Assembly (NCBI GenBank): GCA_020536535.1
Contig: JAHLWZ010000076.1
Location: forward strand, 1-64,000
DNA: 64,000 nucleotides
Direction of reading: 5' to 3'
Origin: Pelomyxa schiedti
Taxonomy: Eukaryota > Protista > Evosea
In this document: positions 50,001 to 62,172 of the stretch, one piece after another
Layout: each line of letters begins with the position of its first letter
Numbering within the stretch: position 1 is the first letter of the stretch
Notes under the pieces: model-generated
Told to the model about the DNA's origin: nothing
What the model saw: the letters and a program-made list of their open reading frames with translations, nothing else
Databases searched by the model: none
Translations under genes and position numbers: made by a program

Positions 50001-53000
50001 ATGAGCAGGCGTCGGGGCCGGCAGCGACGGATCTTGGACGACGACAGTGAGGAAGAGGAGGAGATCATTGCTGAGGTGGAGATGTTGGACGACGATGACA
50101 GCGAGAGTGATAGTGATGGTGACAACGACGGCGAGGGGAGCGATGTGTCTCCAAAGAGAAAGAAGAGTCGCAGGGGCAAGAAGATTGGGAAAAAGAAGAA
50201 GCCCCCGAGTGATTCTGAGAGCAGTGATGGCAAAAGTAGCGGGGGTGACGAAGGGGGTGAAAAAAGCACTGACAGCGGCAAGGGGGACTATAAGGAAGCT
50301 GAAGAAAAGGGAAAAGAGCCGGAGAAAGCAAAAAAGAAGGAAGAGGAAGAGAAAGAAGCAGAAGAAGAGAAAGAAGACGAAGGAAAACAGAAAGAGGATG
50401 AAGAAGAGGCAGAAGAAGAGGGAACGCACCCAGCACCTGACATTGAGGATGGGTCGTCATCTCCGTCACAGGGAGGCGAGGAAGATGTAGAAACAGACAA
50501 CCAAGACGACCCCAAGAAAGAAGCAGAGTCTAGTAGTGAGGAACTACTGAGTGATGAGGAACATGTGCGGGGGAAAAGAAAAAGGAAGCAGCATGGTGTA
50601 TCTTTTTTGAGGACAGGACAGTGGAAAGATAAAAGCTACCCGCACGTCACTTTCTATAAGCAGATGAGTGTGAGAAATGAATTCCTACTGTCTCTTGGAG
50701 GTGTATCTTAGTGAATCCACTTAAATTTCCTTATTTTTTTACTCGTGGTTTTGAGACCTTAGTTTTCTATTAGATACCTGCGAACTGAAGGATAGATATC
50801 AAGAAGAGAAAACTAATTACTACGTGATCCTCAAAAGAATGCTATCGAAGACTACAATGCAGATTGACTGCATGGAATATGCTTTTCCCACCCAACTACG
50901 ATTGAAGGTGCCACAATTATATCATTCATTACTCTAATGGGGAGGTTGAATGAAATTGTTCAAACGAACCTGTAGTAGGACCCTCCGAAATTGGGATCAC
51001 AAGAATTAATTTTTTTACATAAGGAACATTCCTTTTCCTTGAATGAGTGAGTTTGTCCAATTTTTTTCTTTTTCCAAGTGTCTGACTCTTCGTAATTCAG
51101 AGTAAAAATTTTACACAAGATTACTGTTGTACCATTTACTGTTCTTGACAGTGACAACACTGATCCTAACAGTACATCACTTTTTACACGCAAATTTTAA
51201 CAAAGGAATAGCGTATTACTGCCAGTATGCAGCTGTGCCTATTGGAGACAGTCCTACATTTAAAATAATTCCTCTGGTGGCCAGTATTGACTACTTTCTG
51301 TTAATGGTACCCTGATTCAGAGCCTTCATGAAAGAGAAAGTCATGTCTTAAATCTACAAGGTCCACCAAAACAAGATTGAAACAGTAAAAGAAATTCTGC
51401 ACCAACCAAACCACGTGGATATCAACGAGCACCAGCGAGATACCCTATCTACAGCAGTACACTTTGCTGCCGAATTTGGTCACTCTGAGTTGATGGTACT
51501 TCCAACAATATTTGCGTTTGAGACCTGATTGTTGCATTACTAATTTCCTTTCAGTCTTTACTTCTTGACTCCGGTGCTTCACCCAACTCCCAGGACCGAG
51601 ATAACTCCACCCCACTACATTTTGCCTCAGTGGAAGGATTTGTTACTACAAAATCAACTAGATGTGCTGAGGTTTCCACCTATCTCAATAAAGCCAACTA
51701 AACACAAAAAAATGAAACAGATTCTCCTAGAACATGGAGCCAGGATAGATTTAAGAGATAAGTGGGATAAAACGGCCTATGATTGGGTTAAAGACAATCC
51801 AGGACATAAGTTGTTTTCACCTACTTTTCTCCCTCTAATTTCTGTCACAGTCCGATTGCTAGAGTCTTTAAGAAATTCCATCCCCGATTAATATTACCTG
51901 ATGTCTCACACTCACCCACACCACCTTTACCTTCCGAGACCACTGCAACACACTTGGCACCCGTCAAAAGACCGCCTACTGCACACAAAAAAGCCTCTGC
52001 AATGTCCGATTCCCCCGAAAGTCCAATTCCAAAGAAACCTAAAATATCTTCTCTCAAGAAACCTAAAGTATCTTGCGCCAGTAATTCCCCTCTTCCTAAC
52101 CTTATTTGGGTTCACAATGACTAAAAAGATAAACCCGTAGACAAAAAGTTCCCCAATCCCCCTCAACCAGCAGCTAAGATTTCAAAAAATGTGCCAGAGG
52201 TCAAACGTCCCCCTGGTTCAACCACAACCACCAGCAATTCTAAAACGGTTACCCCCCTCACAGCCAACTTACCAAGCACCACTAGGGCTCTGGCACCCAA
52301 GAACAAAGAAACAAAGTCAGTTGTTAAAGCGAAGCAAACTGAAACAACCTTCCCACGCAAAACTCAGGCAATAAGTAGACCCCAGCAAGCACAACCCTAT
52401 AAACAACGCCCTTCTCTAGACGAGGCTTCTCTTCCACCTGTACCTCGAAAGGCTCCTGATTTATCACTTGCTATTGGGCCCTCCATTGAATCACTCCAAG
52501 TACCACTTGTTAAGCGCCAGATCGCGCTCCATGAGCTAATGCACATGACGACTCCAACAAGATTTCAACTGCCTAGTAAATATACTATGCCATTTCGTAT
52601 GTGTGCTCAATCTCAACCAAACTTATTGTATTTGCATAAATGTAGTCCGAGACGACTACCTTAGTCTAGAAGAAGAGATAGACTCCTCCATTTCGGATCT
52701 CTGCGCATCAGGCCATCTAGAACTAGTGAAACCGGCTACAGACACATTTGTTGACTGTGACCGGGTAATGGCCAAACAGAGACAACAGTTCAAAGTGCGA
52801 GCTTGTCACTTAGAGCTAGCCAGAGCATGGTAAGACCTTTCTTGTCGGGCCATACTTACTTTACCTTCAGGCGGGTAACGAACACTGCAAATCAACAAGC
52901 ATTCAATAGTCTGGCCATATCTGAGCAACAGAGCAAGTCCTGCTTTTTCTACGGCTCTTGGGAGTCGTTGAAAGAAGTTATCACAAATGGTTTTCATCAA

Positions 53001-54060
53001 TGGTTTGGAAACCATCAGGTTACCTCAACGTCTCTTAGCTCCACCTAATTACCTTCAGATTAACATTGGTCATCTCATTGGACTATCCACCTACGCCACT
53101 AGATGCCTTCCATACCACCCTGCTCCTATGTACTGTCTTGCCTGTGAAGCCAAAATAGGAAAAATGTTAGCATTACCAAATGACTGTAAACTTTATGTAC
53201 CTTACTTTTCCCAATCAATATTCCCTATTAACTTTAGTAGTGGCTCGAACCACAAGTGCTGAAGCAAGCTGGCTATGACTCCGTTTTTCTAAGGACAGGC
53301 TCTCCATGGGCACCAATGTTTGGATTTACTCAAGCTGCGCAGGTAAAGAAATGTATTGTACACTGTGCTAACAGATACCTGGAAGGTCTATCCAAAATAT
53401 CTCTTACTCTACCGATCAGTCTATTCGCAACGTCTTAAATTCACAACAAAGTTATCCGGCACTGTACAGCACCCCATTGGTCAATTTCAAAAAGGTCTGT
53501 CACTAAAATACTTCCTCGGTAGTAATGAACCTTCTCAAGAGTGTTCTCGAATTGGAAAGCTCAAAGAGAACGACGACTTTCTATGCTTATGGGACCCAAT
53601 GCCCATATTCGATGTACACTGTAATATTGTCTGCAAACATCAAGTAAACCTCTGTGATAGCATTCCAGCTCACAAAAAGCATCAGAGGAGCTTTTTCCAA
53701 TTATCCAATGACGATGTGACCGTTGCCCTTCTTACACAGATGGATGCTTTTGCACATGAAATGGAGAAGCTGTACGTACCGTTCCATGACTTTACAAACT
53801 GACTTCATTGTTCAAGGTTGCAAACCACACGCCCTGGGCATATTTATAGGCATGGATTTCTGACAAACCCTTACGACGAGTTTGTGGCATGAAGTCTGTT
53901 GAACGCTTCTGACCTTTTCTCCAGGCAGCTTCACTGTCACATTGTTTCTATCAACAGGCCCGAGGATGTTGATCCTAATTCTTTGCTGAGGTTCAGTTAC
54001 CCTAGCTTTGTCAGCATTAGAACTTTCATCAAGAAGCTCAGAACAAAGAAATCCCACTAA
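50001..54060 (+). CDS. Acidic IDR-BAH-ankyrin-PARP-like-HIT (aprataxin-like) multidomain protein
   Basis: All junctions are phase-consistent GT-AG. BAH: FYKQMSV...SLG|DTCELK...YYVILKRM...EYAFPT...QELIFL...KITVV...YYCQY. ANK: TAVHFAAEFGH, TPLHFASVEG, ILLEHGARID. ART: RVTN, FFYGS, NGF, AGYDSV, AQ|VYPKYLLLY. HIT: LWDPMPIFDVH, HGFLTNPYDE|QLHCHIVS. Confidence 0.75.
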
Positions 54061-54143
54061 ACAACGTGCTGAGGCAACTTATTTTCCAATGTGACTGAAA
54101 AGGAGAGTACAAGACATAAAGGAGTTTTATTGCCTACTCGTAT

Positions 54144-54957
54144 TTACAAAAGCAAACAACCTCCCCCTCCCCCACTCTTTCCACTGCCCTTGGCTTTATG
54201 TGGTGTCTGCTTTCTTGGCTTCTTTGCCGCGTCGGCCTTGGCTTTGTCCGCGTCTTCTTTTGCTTTCTTTTCACCCGTCGCCTTCAACACGTTCTCAACC
54301 ATAGTTTCGAACATTGTGTCAATGTTCTCCCCAGAGACGGCCGAAGTCTACAAATGAAATGAGTTTAGGTTGTGTTGTGTATCTCGAGCTATTTGGATAC
54401 ACACCTCCCAGTAAGTAGCGTTTATGGAGGCAGCGTAGTCTTCTGCCTGCTGTCGAGTGACTGCAGGCTTCAAGTCTTTCTTGTTGCCTACAATAAAGAC
54501 CTGACTTGATGGGTCTAAGTTGAATCGCTCTATCTGCTTTTGCCACTGGGTGACACACTCAAACGAATAGTGATCCGAGAGATCGAATACAATGAAGAAC
54601 CCTTCATTGTTCGGAGTGAATAATGGTAGGTAAGCGAGCAAGTGAAACAACCTTTGCATTTCTTAAATATAGAAAGTGTTACAAGTGCAAATTTCTCTTC
54701 ACCAGCAGAATCCCAAGTCTGAAGTATTTGTTAGGACACATTTCGCCACATCACTGGTTTTTTGTTTCTCAAAAAAAAAAGTAAACCTTCACGACTACGT
54801 TGCTTTTCCCGATTTTAACGGTTTTTGCGTGGAAGCCCTCACCGTCAGGAGTAAGAGTGACGGTTGACGACGGCTTTCCGGCGATATAACACGTAACTAT
54901 AGCAGTCTTACCGGCCCCAGATTCACCAACCACCATCAGCTCCACCGGATCTGCCAT
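54144..54957 (-). CDS. Divergent Rab-like small GTPase
   Basis: GESGAGKT, WDSAGEEKF, IVFDLS, VGNKKD, E|TSA; C-terminal GGCLLL. Confidence 0.9.
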
Positions 54958-55266
54958 TCTTCTGTTTTTTTTTTTAAATATTTCTTGTTTTTTCTGGGCG
55001 TTGCAACGTTCAAGGAAGTCGTTCGATTTGATGAAGAGATTGCAGGCGCTGGAAACACAAGTTTTCTCTGGGCTTCCACCGTTGAAATGACCACAATTCC
55101 TATGCACTATGGAATTTGAGGCAGTCCTTGAAGGTAGTACCCTTAGGCGGTACAACGGTACCAAAAAGTTCACATACCAATTTCGTTGTAGACAGATTAC
55201 CTGAAACAGAGTTGTGAGTGACAATCAAATTAATGTTAATATTAAGTTACACCTACTACGTAGGAC

Positions 55267-57610
55267 ATGACCGACGAACTAGATGCACTTCTGGCTGATC
55301 TTGCCGGTGCCACAGCACCACCCACCAAGCCTAGATCTTCGGTTGTTCCGCTGAAACAAAATCAACCAACTCGTGTCGTATCCAGAGCCTCGGATTCTTC
55401 AGCCGACGAACTTAGCGATCTTATGGCAGAGTTGAACAGTTTGGACAACCCTGCTCAAAAACCGGTATTTTTTCCTTCTCTTCTACTCTCCGAGAAGTGG
55501 ATGGAAGATATAACCTTCGGACAAGGTTTCTTCAATGCCCAAGGCATTAGATGACTTGGACAGTCTTATGGCCACTCTCAACAATCAGCCTAGTAGTTGC
55601 CTTTCCATTCTCCTGTAATTTACAAGGTAATTAGGTAAACAACCGCGCACAAGTTCAAAGTCCTCCACTACAGGACTTGATGGCCTAATGGCCGATCTTA
55701 ATGCAGCAGCAGCAAAGGCAACTCCAGGTGAGCAGCACAGCTTGTAAATAATAATAATAAAAAAAGCTTAACAACCTAACAGCTACCACCCCATCACCTA
55801 AATCAAACCCCTCACTACCCACACGAAGACTGAGTGCACGCAAAAGTAACCCTCTAGGCGAAGATTTGGTGGGTTTAATGGCCGAGCTCGACGCAGTAGT
55901 AACTCCAAAGCCAAACCCAGGTAGAGCTCTGCTAGAGTACTCCTTCCCTCACTCTTATAGTTACCTAATCCACGCCAGGGGCAGCACCTCCGAAATCATC
56001 TGCCAACCCTGAAGATCAAGATGAGCTTTCTGCACTCCTGGCTGATCTCACCGCCGTAGCTGCCACTCCCAGTGCGAAATCACAACCTGCACCGGCTCCA
56101 GCTGCGACTCCTACCACAAGTACCACTAAGACAGTGCCAGGTGAGAACCTCTCCTTACTCTGAATCTCCTGATCTATTTCAGCAAACCCATCTCCACGTC
56201 ATGACCCAGATGGCGATTGTGCAGTCTCTCCCCAAAAACCAGGTTTGGTGTGCTTGTGCTTACTCCTCTTATGGTCTATAGCGACTCAGACGAAGCCTGT
56301 AGCACAATCTCAAAAAGCAACACCGCCACCTGTTGTAGATGATTTAGACGCTTTGATGGCAAGTCTATCCACTTCCAAGTTTGTTTTCCCGCATTCCTCA
56401 AACGTTGTATATTGTTGATGACTTATCTAGAAGTACTCAACCTACTCCCACAAATAAAGCCCCTGCAGTTTCACCCAGTGATCCACTAGAAGATCTACTC
56501 TGCCAGCTGAAACCATCCGCACCCAAGAAAACTCAACCCCCTGCAAAAGAAGATGATTTAGAAGACTTGCTGACAAAACTGAATGGGCAACCGTTTGTGC
56601 TGGATTCAGATTCCCCCTCCAGGGGAACATGTTTCTTTTGCAATGGCCCGATTATGGGTGAAATAATCCAAGCTTTAAGCAAGGTACACGAGTAGTTTTT
56701 CTTTCTTTCTTTCCTAAGCATTTCAGACATATCACCCAGAGCACTTCAGATGTGGTTCGTGCAACACCCCTCTCGGAACCGCAACTTTCTACGAACATGA
56801 AGGTAAACCGAACTGTGAAAAGTGCTACACAACGCTACTGTGCCCGAGATGTGCCCACTGTGACCAGCCAATTCTGGATAAATGTATCACCGCTCTAGGG
56901 AAGAAATGGCATATTGTAATTATCGAAAATGGAATGAATTGCTCTAACCATTTTCTTCCCAGAACCACTTTGTTTGTGCTGTATGCAACAACCCCTTCCC
57001 AAATGGCACATTCTATGAAAAAGATGGCAAACCCTTCTGTGAAAATGACTATGCCATCACATATGCTGCCAAGTGTGCAGGCTGCAACAAAGCTATTACT
57101 GTAAGCACTCCAAGAGAATCCATTCTCCTTTTTTACTCAAATAATGCCAGGGAGATTGTCTCAACGCACTTGGGCAGAAGTGGCACCCCGGTAATTGAGG
57201 TCTTCTTTAAAAAAATAGGCACCTAATTGTTGGCAGACCACTTTGTATGTAATTATTGTCACAGGCCCTTCCCTGGAGGGGCGTTTTATGAGTACCAAAG
57301 CAAAGCCTACTGTGAGGTGAGTGCTAATTTCTGCTTGTGGAATATATCCTTACACTCTCTAGCCCCACTACTATCAGATGACAGGTTACGTTTGTTCCGG
57401 TTGTGGAAAACCTGTTACGGGGCGTGTATTAACGGCACTAGACAAAAAATGGTTTTCCCGATCTCGATTCCACGGTAATTTACCACCATTCTCAGGCACC
57501 CAGAGCACTTTATGTGCGCCTTCTGTATGGCTCCTTTAGCTGGGGGGCTGTTCAAGGAGGAAAAAGGGAAGGCATACTGTGGAGGATGCTACCAAAAACT
57601 GTTTTGTTAA
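55267..57610 (+). CDS. PXN: Paxillin-family protein (9 LD motifs, 4 LIM domains)
   Basis: LD motifs such as DELDALLADL, DDLDSLMATL and DDLEDLLTKL; four CxxC...H..HF.C..C...CxxC/D LIM units; ends CYQKLFC. Confidence 0.92.
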
Positions 57611-57672
57611 AATCCGATTGCACAATAAAAACACTACGAAAAACTTTACAACCAAGGGACTGTTCCCTCAAA

Positions 57673-60600
57673 TCAGTCTTTTTTATTAGCCTTCTCCAAG
57701 TATCCATCAGGCTGGTCAGGTCCCTCCATTGCCTCACTCTCAGAGCCGCCATCATCGGACTCCTCCGACTCCCCTTCCTCCTCCCCAGAATCACTCCCAT
57801 CCACTACTATGATGTCTTTGTTGTCCACATTGTTGCTTACAGTAGAGCCGCTAGTGCTAGTACTAGTGGTGGTGGTTGTTGTGTTGTCTTGTGCTACTGA
57901 TGATGATGATGATGGTGGTGATGGTGCTGGTACTGCTAATGGTGTGGGTGTGGGTGTGGGTGCACTTGCACTCGCCGCGGATGTTGTAAGTGTTGATGTT
58001 GGTGTTGTTACGGGTGAAAGAGGCGTTTGAGTGGGGGTGGGCATCATTAGGGATGAGGAGGTTGGAGTTGCTGGCGTTGGTGTTGTTGTTGGTGGTGGTG
58101 TTGTGCAGTGTTGTTGTTGCTGTAGGCTGTTGTGTGGCTTTTTAGGTGATTTGGTGCTTATGTTACTGACGTCTCGTTCCATCATAGAGTTCATCAGTGC
58201 TTCGTTTTCGGAGTTGAGGGCATTGGAACCTATGACCGACGGGCTGAACTCTTCCTTCTCCTGGAATATTACGGAATCGAGTCGGTTTTGGCGGCCCTGT
58301 CTCCTTTTGACAGGGGAACCCCCGGAATAGTCTGTTGTAAAACTGGCATCTACTTCGTCATCGGCTTCGGCTTCAACATCCACATCAGCATCGGCCTCAG
58401 CTTCAGCTTCATCCGCCTCAGCTTCAGCTTCAGCTTCAGCCTCAGCCTCAGCCTCAGCTTCAGCTTCGTCTTCATCACTGTCTGAATCTTGCTGAGTGGT
58501 ACCGGTTTCGGCCGAGGCTTTCATATTATGGATTTCTTCGTAGAGTCTTTGCAGTTTCGGGTTGCTGGCGCAACTTTCGAGGACTTGTTCTAGTATCTGC
58601 CATTTGTCCAATTTTCCCCCGAAGAGATAACGTTTCCAAATACAGGAGCATTCATCTGATAATGAAATGGCTGATTCGGTAGTTTCCGAGGAGGTTGCAC
58701 TCTGTGCGTGTGCTTGGCAAACAATCTTAGAACGTTTACCACCAGGTGGACCAAGCAGTGAAGTACACAAATCCCGTACAAGAGCCTCGTCACCATCGTG
58801 AGCTACTCGATGGGCTAGCATGCCAAATGCACGTTCATAATCCTGTGCAGCTCCTACTAGCTCCGCAGCAGCGACACGAGCTTGTAAAGCAGAGATTATC
58901 CGCCGGGAACTCAGTCCTGGGCCACACGGATGTGCGGGTGGAATAGGTAAAGCTCTATTTCCAACAGCCAGTTGTTGGTTGTGGGCCGGAATTGCAGTGG
59001 CCAGGTGATCACTGGTAAGGTATAAATCCGACACGCGCTCTCCAACAAGGCACCACTCTCCAAGTGCCTCATTTACTGCATAGCAGCTTCCATTACTGAA
59101 TATGACAATCGGCACACACGTTTCACTCATCACCACTTTGGTTATATGCGCGCCAGGAGTTGCTTTTTGTTCAACACGTAGAACATGCTTCAGAGTGCTA
59201 GAATGCTTGCTAAGTGGTAGAGCACGTCTGTGGCACACATCAAGCACGCGTACATTTGCGTCACATGAAACTACACAGAGCCAGCCACGACGGTTAAACT
59301 CCAAAAATCGAGCTGTACAACCAATGAGAACCGGGCTCATAATAAGCTTGCCTGTGCTTCCACTCAGTAAATAGAGGAATCCCGCCTCTGTACAAACTGC
59401 ACATACACCGCCGCATCCTCCACATTGTACTGCCCAGCCTGGCACTACAGTTGACCAAGAAGAAGGCTGTGGCAAGGAAGTCGTAATTGATGTACCTTCC
59501 ATGGGCTGCAGGGAAACAATGGTACTCAAATCACATGAATGTGGTGCTGTGGGGGATACAACTGCACCGGAGTTATCAACAACTGAGCAAGTCAATGTTG
59601 CTTTATGTGCGGTATGGCTTGTAGTTATAACTCTAGCTATAGTAGAAGTACACTGAAGTGGCGGAATTGCAAATGTTGCTTGGTTGAGTTCTATTGCGTT
59701 GATACTTGCAGGAGGCAATGCAGGGTGCGCCTCAATGGGACTTGGCGCAACCACTCTTGCTGGCCTTTGAGGTGCTTGAACTTCCGTAGACTCCTGTGCA
59801 GGCCTTTTTGAAGGTAGTTGGGAGGCATAAGTTGGTGTTTTCTTATGTGCGGATCCAGCCTTTCCAGTCTTGGAAGAGGATACTGGGACCCCGTCCTTTA
59901 TGAGCCTTCGTGAGGAGGGGTGCAAAAGGGCTGCAGATGCCACAACTGGGGTCTGCGGCTGTGAAATGCTAGTAGCCACATTATGTATTCCACTCATTGG
60001 AATGTCGGTAGAACTGTTTACTGAGTTACTGGCATCCCCAGACTTCGTCACAGAACTAGAACCAACATTGAAAGAATTGGTAACTCTTAAAAGAGCAGGG
60101 CTTTCTATGATTGTGGTCTGAAGGTGATCCAACACATCACCATGTGTGGCTTGCATGTGTAAAAGAGTCTGTTGTTCATTCAAAGGCTGTCCTAACTCTG
60201 ATACTGTGAACCTAATGAAAGCAAGGGACCCATCCGATGAGCAGGCAATAAGGCAGAGGCCATCTGGGGTCCATGTTAAATCCTAATAAGTGTCATAATG
60301 GAAATAGCATCAAGGCGTTTTACAACCTGCACCGATTGGGGAAATGCCTTTCTGAGAGCTGCAACAGGTTTTCGACAGGCAGCATTTTTCCACACAGATA
60401 AGCCACCATCTTGACTACCTAGAGCCAACACAGTAGTCGTCTCTCCACCAGTCTATTAAAGTTTAAGTAAAAAGGGAAAAAAGGTACAAAAAATTACCTT
60501 GTACACACACGGACTGAAGCAGCTGGCTACTATAGGGAGTGAGTGACCCACAAATGTAAAAACACGTTCCGTAAGCCCTCTGTCGAACAAAATTGCACTC

Positions 60601-62038
60601 TGCTTTTCCTCAGTGTAAGCTGTAACAAGGATAACATGGCCAGCATCCGGGGACCAAGAAGGCCTACCTATCAACGAGTGAATAAACCAGAATACTACTG
60701 ATTGTCAGTGCTTACGAAAATAAGATGACTTGGTGGAGTGTGCAAAGGCATCGCTGATGTTCTTTTCCACTGTCCAATCTTCCGTTTTGAAAAACTTTTT
60801 CCACCATTACTTGTCATCAGACAACAACACTGTTACGGGAACACACTGTAGCAACTTCTTCGCCCTGCACAGCTAAATAGCGTTGTAGTGGGTCCCACCC
60901 AAGCCCTTTAGCAGGTCCCGGAAAATTGCTGATCACTACAGTCTGGGCGTATGTGGTGCAATCCCATACTATGATCAGGTTATCCACACCAGCAGATACG
61001 ATGCGCGTGCCATCAGGAGTCCATGTTACGTCGTTTACATCACGTTGGTGGCCACGTAGTTGCTGGACGAGTTGGTACTGTGACAGTAAATAAAGACTTG
61101 AGGTTAATTAAATGTATCCGCATAAGGGGGGTGTGCAGCTTCAATTAGTGGCCTTGTTCTGAAAAGGGATTGCAAATAAATATTTAAGCAGGCCATTTTA
61201 TTTTATATCTGTGGCTGAGGGAAAGGGATAATACTTCTTCAAACACCGTGTCCTGCCCAATTATAATCTTTCCTGAAGGAAGTTTATGAAGAAATCTCCA
61301 CAGGTAAACACTTCCATCATCACAACCTAAAAGAATCATTAAAGTTACCCCAGGCTCAACATTAACCAACAATAAACTACCAGAGGCGAGCATGAGGGTT
61401 TCCTTTGGCGACCATCTCACACAGTTCACAGACCCACAATGCTGAAGTACTGCCAACAGTGCAGGTTTGCTCCCTTGCTATACATTTCCTTCATTAGTAG
61501 GCACGATAACAGTGCCAGAAGCATAAAAGGAAATTAAACCAAAACACAAAAAAAAATAAAAATAAAAATAAAACGAAGACAGACACACCACTGCATCCGT
61601 TGTGCCCTGTTGCTGCTGCGACGTCGAATCCATCCCATTCCGCGAAGGCGACAACGGGCTAGCAGCACCCAATGCCCCCTGTTGCTGCTGCATCGGTGAG
61701 GTCGTGGGATCGAACCCCGGCCCAGCCATTGCCCCAATCCCGCCGCTGCCACTCACACTCGGACTCGGACTAGGCGTCATCCCAGGCGACCCCTGCTGCT
61801 GCTGCTGTTGAACCATGAGAGATTGTGGTTGTTGTTGTTGCTGCTGCTGCAGCAGTTGCAATTGGTGGTGGCGCTGGAGTAAGTCTTGGTGGCGGAGGCA
61901 CGCGGGGAGGGACCACACCCTGACGGTGGAGTCGGCGCCGCCCGACGCCAGGTGCTCCCCGTCGCGGTGCACGTGGACCGACGTGATCATCGCTGACCGA
62001 CGGTGCTTGCATATCGGCGACCGCCCGATGTGCACCAT
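57673..62038 (-). CDS. HIRA: HIRA/Hir1 histone chaperone
   Basis: WD40 N-terminus (LASGGADSTVRVW, VNCVRWSP, LRGHQRDVNDVTWTPDG, KGLGWDP, RPSWSPD); C-terminal HIRA domain (AVCTEAGFLYLLS); acidic tail. Confidence 0.9.
58395..58467. repeat. (TCAGCY)n hexamer repeat encoding (Ala-Glu)n in HIRA
   Basis: Tandem tcagct/tcagcc units, read as EAEAEAEA on the minus strand. Confidence 0.9.
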
Positions 62039-62172
62039 TTCGATGTGTGTGTGTTGCGGGTATCGGCGGTGTTTTTGCTTTTTGTTGTTGTGTTTTGGTT
62101 TCGTGGTGCTGTTTCAGAAGACGAGAAGCTTTGCATAAATTTAGATTTTTAGAACAGGGGTTTAGTGCTGGT

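Noticed and set aside
51330-51360. In-frame TAA before the ankyrin repeats, or a 21-nt micro-intron
   Set aside because: A typical 54-nt intron from GTACCC to the same acceptor removes the stop.
53812-54057. 81-aa minus-strand ORF as a separate gene
   Set aside because: It is the antisense shadow of the plus-strand HIT exons.
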